From NCBI RefSeq assembly GCF_964204645.1, contig NC_134031.1, positions 1,674,001-1,738,000 on the forward strand: 64,000 bases of DNA, in the 5' to 3' direction. Below, piece after piece: positions 52,486 through 64,000 of the stretch (position 1 is the stretch's first letter; each line of letters begins with the position of its first letter). Below the pieces are notes generated by a model. That model made no database searches. It had not been told where the DNA came from and saw only the letters and a list, made by a program, of their open reading frames with translations. Both the position numbers and the translations under genes were made by a program. This DNA is from Tubulanus polymorphus. Taxonomy: Eukaryota > Animalia > Nemertea.

Positions 52486-55400
52486 ATGAGCAGCTCGGAG
52501 GAAGTATCGTGGATCTCGTGGTTCTGCGGTTTACGCGGAAATGAGTTCTTTTGTGAGGTAGGAAATTCTATAATCGGCGTCTCTAGTCCTGTGTATAGTG
52601 AGATTAATTGATCTATCGATTGCTGTATTGATTTCACACGATGCACACAGTAATTAATAATGATGTTGATTTTGTATTATTTCTAGGTCGATGAAGATTA
52701 TATACAGGACAAGTTTAATTTAACGGGTTTAAATGAACAAGTTCCTCATTACAGACAAGCATTAGATATGATTTTAGATTTAGAACCAGGTAAGTTAGCA
52801 GAGAACCATTTAAGTTTTTAGCCGAATAGCCCATACACTTAGACATGGAGAATAGACTATAAAAACCCACTAGACAAACCTTGCCTTATTCCAACACAGT
52901 TGACTCGGAATTAACGCTGATAAAACAAAATTATTTTTGTAACTTGATAATGTATTTTCATATCCTCTACTCAAACTTGGCTTATATCGGACCAATTTTC
53001 TACCAGTTCATCCGAGGATTACAGTGCAAATATAGAATATTAAAACCAAATTTATATCAACAACTAAAATTAAAGATTTCATAAAAACAACATTTCGGAC
53101 TCACACCTGACGTTGGTCTCTAGAGAGAGTCCGGACTCTGAGCATTTTGATTCTCGATAGATTGATATCTTTTAGAAACTTCACCGTTTTCACCAATTAC
53201 TAGAACTCTACAAAATTGAACAATTTCAGATGATGAATTAGAAGATAATCCTAATCAAAGTGATCTAATTGAGCAAGCGGCTGAAATGTTGTACGGTTTA
53301 ATACACGCTAGATACATCATGACTAATAGAGGCATAGCTCAAATGGTAAGTTATTATTTCTTGCCTAAGTAGAGAAGATTCGTAGAGTAGCGGCGTTAAC
53401 CGGATTTAGAATAAATAACAAGACGAGTAGTACTACATAGGTTAACTATTTAACTAACGCGCTTTCGCTACTAATGTATAGAAGTTTTATCAATCATTCA
53501 CCTGATGAAGTTTCTATATACTAGTAGCGAAAGCTTATGTGTCAAATAAATAGTTAACCTATATAGTTCTACTTGTCTAGTTATTTGCCTGAGTAAAGTT
53601 AGGCATCGTGATTACTCTTTCTTCGATAAACATTAGCGAAATGTTGATTTATTTTCTGCAGATAGAGAAATGGCAACAAGGTGATTTCGGTTACTGTCCT
53701 CGAGTTTATTGTGAAAATCAAATGACGCTGCCCATAGGTAAGACTGGGAAAGAGTCCGCGCTGTTTGTATTGAGTATTTTATAGATTCTGAAGAGTGCTT
53801 TCTTTGGAATAAGTAAGGATCGGCCCTGATTAACCCTTTCAGTGCATCTACACCGCAGTGCGGTGTATAAATCAGTGATGGATTTTGTTCAACGTATTAG
53901 GATGGAATTACTCAAAATTTTTGAAATTATCTCCAGCACTATAGGGTATTAATAAGTCAGCACTGAAAGAGTTAATGATTACTTATCGAGTAAAATCCTG
54001 ACAGTGCTGAAAAAAGCTGCATGTATTTGGAATCAACCAGGGCGGCCGCTTGCCAGGAAATCAGGGAATAGTCAAGGAATTTTGTAAAATGGCTAAAAAT
54101 CAGGGGTAGGGAAATTTGTTGAGATGGCTACATCACCCATAGAATCAATCAGTTTCCATCTATGTTTTATGTGTCTGTGTTAATTGATTGGATTCTTTAC
54201 AGATCTAGTCAGGGAAAAAATGTTTATGTCAGGGAATAGTCAGGGGAAAAAAGTCAAATAACCTAACACAATCACAGGATATTTCTACTGACAAATTCAA
54301 TGTTTTTCTATAATGTTTCCGATGGTTCATTATATCCAATGTGAAATTATAATTGTCCTATTTCAATTGAGACGAAATTCATGTTTTGTCACCGATAAAT
54401 TTGAAATTAGATTTCTACAGGTAAATTTATGATTGGCTACTCAGGATATTTCTACTGACCAATTCGATGTTTTGCTATAACGTAGGTTTATCTGATGTCC
54501 CCGGTGAAGCGATGGTAAAACTCTACTGTCCGCGGTGTCAGGATGTTTATACGCCGAAATCGACGCGACATCACCACACGGACGGCGCGTATTTCGGCAC
54601 TGGTTTTCCTCACATGTTGTTCATGGTTCATCCCGAATACCGACCGAAGCGTCCTAATAATAATTTCGTTCCAAGGTATGTGTTCAGTTTATCGGCATTT
54701 TATCGTCGCCCGAAACCGTGGATTGATTTCATAGACTGAGTATCGGTCATTCAATTGAAACACCTTAAAAATATCAAAACCTCCGCTGACCCTAAATCTG
54801 TTCGGAAACTGATACCCAGTCTATGAAACCCCTAGCCCCTCCTGGTGTTCAGTATTTGAAACGCTGTGAATCAGTAAGACCCTTCATGCTGGCTAAAATG
54901 CGTCTTGCGTCTAGAATGGCCTTAAATGCTTGTTTGATGCAAAGTCAATTCTGGCTGTAATGAGTATGAAGTCTTGGATTACGTATTGCGTGGAATACTT
55001 CATCTAAAAGAATGAACTGCTCTATTATAGCGATATATATCTAATCATCTTTGAGTTCAATTGATGTTCGTTGAATTCAAATTTCACCATTTTCTGAAGC
55101 ATTTCTGCTGTTACATCTATTGTTTCGAGTTTATTTATTTTCGCTGTTGTTTTTTGTCTGTGAATTTGATTTGAAAAATGCATGAATTCCGATCTATTTC
55201 GCAACTAGTGAAGTTTCTACTTTGTTTGTTTTATTCGATGTTGTTGTTTTTATATTGATTTGTCATCGATCTCTGATCTCACTTCGGCACGATTTCAAAA
55301 CTACGCAATCTCTTCAGTCGCACGAGCGTCTTCTACCCTTCACCGGACCAACTCATCAACTATCTATAATATTCATGGAACGATATTTTGTTTTTCCTCA

Positions 55401-57174
55401 CTAGCCCGAGACGACCTGGCTAGCGAGCATGTGGTTTTATCTCGTACAGTCAAATTCGCATAAGTCGTCATAAAAATTGGAATGATCATTATGTTGGTGA
55501 CTTATTTGATTCACGATAAAGACTTGAATTCACTACAGTGAAACCTCATTCCCTCATTCAGGGGCCGACTAAGAAATGAAAAGGGCGTGTATACTGAAAA
55601 AAGGCAAGCTAAGTATCCACGCAGCCAAAACAATGTTCGAGAAAATTTTGAAATTTAAGTGCATTTTGCATACAGTTTCTAGACACTTGAGGGACTTTAA
55701 GATTAGTGTTTCGTTCCAGACTGCTGGACCCAGTTTCAATTGAGAGGAAATTCAAGTTTTGTCACTGATAAATCGTTATTACGAGGTTCCGCTGTTAATT
55801 GAATTGGAAAAGCGAGTTTTGACACACAAAAAAAGAGAAAATTTCTGTGACGATTTATCATTGAGTTTCAGTGTACATTATTTGCTGTATTTATTTCAGG
55901 AGATTGAGAGATATTTGACGTTGTTTTCAGTTGTAGATGTGAAACCACTATCACTTACTATTGTGTTTTTAATAACTGCATGTATGAGTTATTGTCAAGC
56001 TGCAACCCATGTTTTCAACAACAACAAAAATACTCAATATCTTCATCAACTTTCGGTTGAATGAGATTTCAAATATTATTCGAACAGGCATTGATTCTTG
56101 TAACTTGAATTTTGCCATATTTTGTCGCTACACACAAAATGTAATGCATCCATGTATGAATGAATGATGGTGTAATCCACGACCCTCTCCCTCACCCCAC
56201 ACCTCACCGAGTGTGATAGAGTTCCCACTACGCTCACAGTACAGTTCACGTCCCTCTCCACGCACAAATCTTGTCATTACTCCTTTCAAAATGTGCTCAT
56301 GCTTGCTTCATTCCAAACCCTAAATTCGTTCTTCACTGCTGCAGTTAACGAGCAGAACTCCCGATAGTAGTTTTTGTCGGCACTCTTCGCGCCGATATAT
56401 TGGATTTTATCCCATGCCTCAAGATGTTGTATGTTGCCCTGTAAAACCGAATAACAAAAAACTGAAAACGTGTTATAAACCCAAATGACTAGTGTCTCCA
56501 TCTATATGTGTAAACCTAAATGACAAGCGTCGCCCTCTAAATGTGTAAACCTAAATGACAAGCGTCGCCCTCTAAATGTGTAAACCTAAATGACGAGTGT
56601 CGCCCAGTTTTCACCAAATTCTCTTAAACTTTTACATTTATTTTATGTGTTGTGAACCTCTTTCCACAAATTTTCCCATAATTGTTTTTATTCAGTGATT
56701 TAAGTTTATAGATGTTTTACTCGCTCCGAACGAAGTACGTACGTACGGTGTAGCGTGAGGGAACCCGATTGAACAGTACGGTGTAGCATTATGCTTCATC
56801 GGATGAACAATTCACAACATTACAGAATAAAAGAAGTAGATATATCGCTACTAAGCGCACGCTTATTTCTGAATCCATGTGATTCACGCTAGCTAACTCT
56901 AGTCACACGGATATAGTTAGTGATTATTAGTGCAGAACTCATTTTAGTCGATATCGTTACAAAATTAGACAAAAATTTAATAAACGTAGAAGAATGATCG
57001 AAAAGCTAGAAGCTTGCTGCTTTATCCAGTAATTCACGCCCGTCTTTTCTTCATTCTACTTCTAGGCTTTACGGCTTCAAGATACATCCCCTTGCATATC
57101 AACTACAATGTCAGGCAGCGGCTAACTTCAAAATGCCCGTCCGAGGGCTCAGCTATAGTAATGGAAAACGGTAG
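52486..57174 (+). CDS. CSNK2B: Casein kinase II beta (regulatory) subunit, 221 aa
   Basis: Exons 52486-52557, 52687-52789, 53230-53345, 53662-53737, 54486-54675, 57066-57174: [87 protein letters not shown]. Confidence 0.98.
53372..53584. mobile_element. Palindromic insertion with hammerhead-like core in CSNK2B intron
   Basis: Inverted arms (ataggttaactattt..gctttcgctacta / tagtagcgaaagc..aaatagttaacctat); CTGATGA..GAAA core at about 53502-53543; near-perfect 11-bp flanking repeat ttgcctRagta. Confidence 0.55.
53834..53971. mobile_element. piggyBac-like MITE
   Basis: TTAA-CCCTTTCAGTGC...GCACTGAAAGAG-TTAA. Confidence 0.8.
56506..56605. repeat. 35-bp tandem repeat, about 3 copies
   Basis: atgtgtaaacctaaatgacaagcgtcgccctctaa units. 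Confidence 0.9.
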
Positions 57175-58446
57175 ACACACATCGTCGTTATAGAACATGG
57201 GTTGTAGCTTGAGTCACGTGTAATATTGTTTATTTTAATTCTCTCTACTCTCGACCGTCGACGCCATGACGACTACTCTCCAGAACTCCACCGCGATACG
57301 TTCGTTTCACGCTGCGATAATCTCGGGGTACCGGCACTCCAGCTATCCCGTCAGATGGCGCCACTAGCATATCTAAGTACTTCATTGAAATTTGTTCGTT
57401 ATTGATTTACTTCAGTAAGTTCAGTCGTTCAATCCAAAAAATTAGGCAAATCCGGATTCATCTGAAGAGTTCATATGTGGCTCCATCTTTTACGTCACAT
57501 ATGAATTGGAAAAATTATCATTAGATACTAATTAAGTGAACGAAGAAATTCTCTGTTGTATTGTATACTAGTGCCACCTGGTGGATTCTGGTGTGAATTG
57601 TGCTTGTGCCGCAGCAGCATTGCCGGTACTCAATGATTCTCGCGATTAAATCTACCTGTTATTGTTGCTATTGGTTGCGATACTCCGATATAAAGCATCT
57701 GTTGAATGAGAGTGTTAGCAACATTGCGGTGATTTGCGTCTCATAGCTGTTGCTATCGGTTATGGTTTTCTGGTTCTACAGAGCCGCGCCTGGAGGGACT
57801 ACAGCTTTGTGGATCAGAGAAATAATGTGTCGATCGTGATATTATTTTACCCAAAATAAGTAATTATTCTCAATACATACCCCCCAGTCCAGGTTACTGT
57901 ACCCCAAATATAACCATCTCAGTATGTCTGGTAATACCTCCTGTATATCCAGGTGTGTCTGGTAATAAATACCTCCATCATCTCTGGGTATGTCTGGCAA
58001 TACCTCGATTATCTCTCGGTATAGCCTATACCGAAGTGTGTCTGGGTACTTCCAGGTCTGTCTGGGAATACCCTAGGCATGTCTGGGTGTATATACCCCA
58101 GTATGTCGGGGATTACCCCAGTATATCTGGATATGTTGTTCTTACGCTGCATTTGATTCTGTATAGACATTTGCTTATGTAATCACTTGCTGTGTCATCA
58201 TTTGTGAAAAAGAAAATGTGATTAGTAAACAAGCGACTTAATAAATCGGGCGTTAGCCCAGTTGTGAGTTAAATTTGATGAAAAATCTACAATAGAAATT
58301 GTGTTGAAAATATTCGTAGAAAATGATGGTGTCTGTAGGATTTTTCACGTGAAAATCAAACTATAGAAAAAAGTTTATCGTATTGATTTGACAAAAATGA
58401 AATGAATTTTAACTTTTGTAAGTGATTGAACATGTAGAAGATTTAA

Positions 58447-58802
58447 CCCTTTCAGTGTGTAAATGCCGCTCTGCGATGTATTGTCCATCCGCCCTATATT
58501 ACGCCTACCCCGGAGTGCGGTGTATTTGTGTAATTATCGATTAGTAAAATCTCTATTGAAAGGTGGTAGCACCTGTCAAACATTGTAAATATTAGCAACT
58601 AATGATACACCGCACCACGGGGTATACGCAATATAGTTGCATGCGTGTTATACACCGCGCTGCGGGGTAGATAGAATATAGCGATAAGCCGGTTGGTTAT
58701 TCATCAACTGGGGTGGAATTTTCCAAAATTTTGAAATTATCTCTAGGACTAAGAGAAACATTAGTATTACCTTATAAAAAAGTTAACGTAGCGCTGAAAG
58801 GG
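58447..58802. mobile_element. piggyBac-like MITE (longer copy), downstream of CSNK2B stop
   Basis: TTAA-CCCTTTCAGTG...CGCTGAAAGGG-TTAA; internal tacaccgc/gcggtgta subterminal repeats shared with 53834-53971 and 23620-23830. Confidence 0.8.
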
Positions 58803-60847
58803 TTAATAATCTATGAATAAGAAAAAATGTGTAATGTTAAATCGTACATTTTGTGTGTTTTGTAATGTTTTCATTGTTATTATATTTGACTGTAAGCGTA
58901 GATTCATTTTTCTATTATTTAACTCCACACGAGTCACATGTTCCTCCCGGCTTTTATTATCAGGGAATTTAAGACTTTCATCTGCGGAGAAAGATCTCAT
59001 CGTAAAAAATCTATAGATTTAATATAGTTTACTGGGGCCGGTTAGAAGTCAAATTGTTGGTTTAATTGCTATAAGATCGGCCCATCGTGGTTACTGAGTT
59101 TTTACCCTCTAATGAATTGATGTCGAAATGTTTTAACAATAAAATTATAATGAAAGTAATGAAATGATATTTTCTCTGTAAATAATTAAATTTATTGTTA
59201 TTATTAGTAGTATTTTCTCTTGTAAGATATCTCATTTGATTAGATTAATCGAGTTAATGTATTGAATTAAAACACTATAGAAATTGAATCCTGGAAGAAA
59301 AAGGGTTGGGGGGTGTGGGCTGTGGGGTGGGGTGAGGAAAAGGTGAAAAGTACAGCAGAAGTAAAACAGAATCTGAGTTCTTACCTTGATTTTAAGCAGT
59401 TTTGATAAACTGTGTCGATCCCTTCGACTTATTGGCAGCAGAATTGAAGATATTTCAAATTCAAGTCTAATTCAACAACTAGACTAAAGCCATTAGGAAT
59501 GATTGTTTTTTTTTTCTTTGAGCTGAACACAATGCTCATTGATGAATTGAAATGTTAAGTTTCCTATCATTCATTTAGTCTCTTCTATGTTGTACATTAT
59601 TGTTCATGTACGTCGCGGTAGATATAAACATGGACCCTTAACATGGACCCTGGTCCGTGATATTAAGAAGCATTATAATATTATAAGTATAATATATATA
59701 TAGAAATATATATGTTAATCTATATATTCAGATTTCTTAAATAAATTCTTGTATGTACAGAAAAAATCTATAAACGTTAGTATTTTGTATCGACAAATTG
59801 GTGACTGTCGGATGTACTTTTAACAATGAAGTGAGTCTTGTTGGACGCAGATGAATTCTGTATTTTGGGGGTGTTTATAGGTGGACAAGTACGCAACAGA
59901 AAATGAGCGGATTTCCAAACCCTTCAGTATCGTGTACACAATCTTAAGCGTTATCTGGATAGGAAGCGATGGCAAGTTTTTATGGAATGGAGCCTTTCAG
60001 TAATTCCCATGGTTTTGTTAAAGACTGGTATCAACATTTAACTTAGGGGTCAACTCGATTGAAAATGAATTGAGTTAGGCACCCCAGGTTATAGTTATTG
60101 ATACTAGTCTATAAAACTGAGCCCTAGTTGTCATTCGGACAAACGAGAGTTTATTCATCACCGACAAATATCTGAATTAATAATATATGAAAGCCTGAAT
60201 AGATAATAAGACTACAACCCACTACATGTATATAGTAATTCAAAAGACTAAAAATGACATTCAATAAAAACAGAAATCAATCGACACCTTTTCAAACTCT
60301 CTTGAAACCATCGTCACGTGGGAAATAAATGTCGTTTTATATCTCTGAATTTATATGCAGTGGGTGAAATCTTATTGAATAAGTAAATTTCAGATTGATG
60401 AATAACGTTGTGTTTATACTGTTCATTTCGTTTCAGATTGTACGGATTTGAAATACACCCTATGGCTTACCAGTTACAGGTACAAGCTCACTGTCGTCAT
60501 CGAACCGCCAGTCGTGCTCGCACCGCTGTTAAAACAACTCCGCTTTATAAGTGATGATACGTAGAAACACCGATCAAAATCAACTTTATTTATCACGCAA
60601 GAAAATCAGCTAATATTGCCACCACCTCTTGGCTGTTAAAAATAGTTCCCCATGGCCAGAATGGGCTTGGATTTGGAAGGATCCAGATCGGCTGTAATGA
60701 AAAAGTTAAACTCAAAATTTTTAGTTTAATTGTTATTGTTAACTTATGTTTTCAATGACAATTTAAACTTAACCATTTTTGGCCTTAACTTTTCCATGAA
60801 ACTTGTGGACTGGCTATAACATGAAGTACATGATGACACTGATGTAT

Positions 60848-61183
60848 CAGGGTCCCTACGACTCCTTGATTCCTTCTAAATGGAAAATACTTTTGAAGGT
60901 ATTAGAAAATCCTTTAATCTGACGAAAATGCCTGAAACTCCTTTAAACTCTTTCAATTTTGAGAAATAGCTAATTAGATACAACAGAATTTGTACATTAG
61001 ACTACGGCTTGGAACCAGGATCTGTTTGTTACCCTATTAGGCAGTTACCGAATTAGAGTTAGAGTTTAGTTAGTGTCAAGGATGAAAATTTGTTGGGATA
61101 TGAAAGTGATGCAGGTGCTCCCTTAAAATTTGAAATTTTGAAAACTCCTTTCATCCAGGAATGACTGATCTGTAGGGGCCCTG
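60848..61183. mobile_element. hAT-like MITE with 5-bp target duplication (TGTAT)
   Basis: tgtat-CAGGGTCCCTAC...GTAGGGGCCCTG-tgtat. Confidence 0.7.
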
Positions 61184-63640
61184 TGTATGCCAGTGATTTC
61201 CAGCAGTATATAGAGCCTACTCAGGCAGTCAAGAGGTTCCTAATTATTTTTCATCTTTTTCCTAAAAAGGAAATACGTTTTGTGTAATATGGTCTGGTTA
61301 ATTGCTGTAGTTCAGACATTTGGCTGCTGAAATCGTGTTCATTGTCAAATGATAAATTGACATTTAAAAAACAAGGGTATCCCAGTATGGATATATCACT
61401 GTGAATATTTGGTTCGGTTTATATAATCATGTACTCTAAAACGTTTTAATTATGATTAAATTGAATTGTGGACGTTTCTGGAAATTTCACCAAGAACCTT
61501 TAGTCTGATGTTGGGTTCGCTAGGATCGTAAAGTGACAGCGATCACTGTCGATACAACCACTGCCAGGACTGGATGAAGTGAAAATATGCTTGGTGTCAT
61601 AAGCAACGTTCGCATTTCTTCTGTAAATTCGACTAAACTTTCATCATGTTATCTGTTATTGTATCTGCAGCCTGGAACCTGCGCCTTCACACATTCAGGA
61701 CTGCGGTTTGAAATCTTAAAACTCTTTGAAAATGTGCTGATATTAATGTCTAGAATGGTGATAAAACGTGGTGATGTCCGAGTCTGTGTTCAGGCAGTAG
61801 ATCATTAAACCTCTATAACTTGTAACCAACTTTGCTTTACTGTAACTCAACATTTTTCATCATTAGTTATGTTTGCATATACTATTCTCTCATTGCTTAT
61901 TGCAAAGGTTTAAATCTTTGTCTTCACTTGTACTTAAAAGCTTTAAATTTCAAAAAAGCCATCTAGGCGGTGGGTGGATCCAGGGGATCAGTGGGCCTTG
62001 TACAAGACTTACCCACATGAGAAGCCATTTTCTAGATGAACTCTTAAACTTTTTACTGCCTTATTTTATGAAATCTTATGAACTTGTCTTGCATAATTGA
62101 CAAAATAAGGTGGTTTCTTACTTGCAAATGCGTCTCACTCAAACCGTGAAGGTGACCATTCTAAATGTGCCTTTTCAATGGTAAGAAAAACAAAACCAGC
62201 CTTCAAAAGTAGGCCTTGGATCCGCCTTGCTTTCATTGTAAATATCGGATTATCTTCTTCTATTGTGAGTGTAAAATATTCATAGGCCTATAGAACGTAT
62301 ACAATTGTTATATTCATATCAAAGACAAAAAAAAGAATATTTTCATTTTGGAAGTGGGTTTAATTGGTTAAAAGATCAACGATTTTGTAATTGGAGTCGA
62401 GGACTCCCATCTCATACCCTCTCTTCAGTAATTCTACTTCAGTGAATGTTTTTGGAACAGAGCATCAGGGACGATTTGTTGTATACATAGCATACATATA
62501 TATTTTGTTATGGAAGAGCAATAAAAAATACAAAATTCTTATTTTGAAATGTTTTCGTGTTGTTTACTGCTATATATCCTTAGCCTCCTGTTTCAGAGGA
62601 CTTAATGCGGGATCAGGGAAGCATCCTTAGCCTCCTGATTCAGACAGATCACTCAGGGAAGTATCCTTAGCCTCCTGTTTCAGATCAGAGGACTTAATGC
62701 GGGAACTCATTGGGAATTCAGTGCATCAGGGAATTCATTGCATCATTCACCAGACGGAGGATTGTCAAGAAGATCAACAGTCAAAACCAACTCCATTTTA
62801 ATAGGTTAAACAAAACGAACTAAAAAATTCTGAGATGTTAAATGATTTTATTGTTCAATGTCATGATTAATTATACATAACACAAAAAATAAATTCTGAC
62901 TCTTATTGATTATAAACTAACCTCTTAGGCTTCAGATAAATATATGTAAGAAACTAGCTGATTACTGATACCATGAATTCATCGAGACAGATCTAAAGAT
63001 TTGAGGTTTGAGACATCGGGTTTTGACTCGAAATTTGGGTCTTAAAAGACAAAATTGAATGATGCATATAGCATATAATATATAGCACAACAGCTACAGC
63101 GTTAGAGTAATTAATAAGGTGAGGACATTATCAATGGCTGAACAACCAATAAAACAACACCGATATCTCTCAGCAAATGCTCCATCTAAACCTTAGAGAG
63201 AACTGAATACATTGAAAGAGGTAGGAAAATTTTACGATAGTGAATTACACTACCATGAATTAATTATAAAACAAAAGAGTAAAATGCATTTGAAGGGGCT
63301 GCAATATCAATTCTTATGACACTATAAACAAATTAGCCCCATAGTACGAGTGTACGTTTTTGACGACATAAATAAAACATTTATATTCTTAGGAGACAAA
63401 GTTTGCATCATGAATAGTGGTTTGTTTGTTTGCGTTTTAACTGTTACTTCTTACACTAACAATTTTTCAAGGGAATTCAATTCATTTTTTTTGATGATTA
63501 CATAGGCATCACTCTGCAGCCTGTTCCCTGCACCATTTGGACATTTGATTCCTCTGATACATATGCTCGTTCAGAGACTTCATGTTTTCAAAACTTCACA
63601 AAGAGACGTGCTTAATTGAAAATGAACTATAAAGATCCAA

Positions 63641-63867
63641 GGCCCAGTTTTATAGACTGGTATCATCTTTAACTCAATTGGAAATGAATTTAGTAAGCCT
63701 CCAGGTTAAAGTTAATACCAGTCTATAGAACTGGGCCCAGGGGCTGCAGTGGCTGAAAAGTTGGTTAGAGTTAACCAGTGGATAGTTGAAATAGTTGACA
63801 ATTAAGTCTTACTATGGTATTCATCAGCAAGTAATCTTTAACCAACTTTTGAGCAACTGCAGACCCA
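63641..63867. mobile_element. Two adjacent GGGCC-terminated MITEs of different subfamilies
   Basis: ggcccagttttatagactggtat...ataccagtctatagaactgggcc then ggggctgcagtggctgaaaagttggtt...aaccaactttttgagcaactgcagacc. Confidence 0.7.
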
Positions 63868-64000
63868 GATATTTCATCAGCGCATTGTCAAGACTTTCAC
63901 ATTACTTTTCGAATGCCTGAAGGGCTGCTGATTGACACCTGATTTACATACATAATATTTAGAACATAATGTCAGAAAATAAGCGAGAAATTCCGTATTT

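Noticed and set aside
61500-61810. Exon-like minus-strand stretch ending in a hydrophobic tail
   Set aside because: Internal stop codons in all frames and no recognisable homology; could be a decayed exon but unsupported.
1-64000. Prokaryotic systems (CRISPR, operons), rRNA or tRNA genes, autonomous transposase/RT ORFs
   Set aside because: None recognisable; the window is spliced eukaryotic DNA with only non-autonomous element remnants.

Overview
AT-rich, gene-dense stretch of an invertebrate animal genome (short GT-AG introns; most consistent with a spiralian/lophotrochozoan, species not determinable from sequence alone). Eleven spliced protein-coding genes can be assembled by hand: a BTB-less kelch protein (-), a secreted dermatopontin/HAAF-lectin protein fused to an aerolysin-like beta-pore domain (+), a BRME1-like disordered protein (-), DNLZ (+), BAG6 (-), COQ4 (+), a small secreted Asp/His-rich orphan (+), GABA-B receptor subunit 1 (-), a catalytically degenerate mitochondrial SerRS paralog of the SLIMP type (+), RABGGTB (-) and CSNK2B (+). 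Ten of the eleven sit in five head-to-head pairs. The gene set (BAG6, CSNK2B, GABBR1 plus genes whose human orthologs lie on 9q34, 19p13, 1p/1q) looks like a proto-MHC segment. Introns carry several MITE families (Tc1/mariner-, piggyBac-, Harbinger- and hAT-like), minisatellites, and short TSD-flanked insertions with hammerhead-ribozyme cores. Most interesting: the lectin-pore-forming fusion, the SLIMP-like pseudo-synthetase, the proto-MHC linkage, a 33-nt candidate microexon in GABA-B1 and an in-frame N-terminal extension exon for CK2beta. All family assignments are from motif recognition, not database searches.
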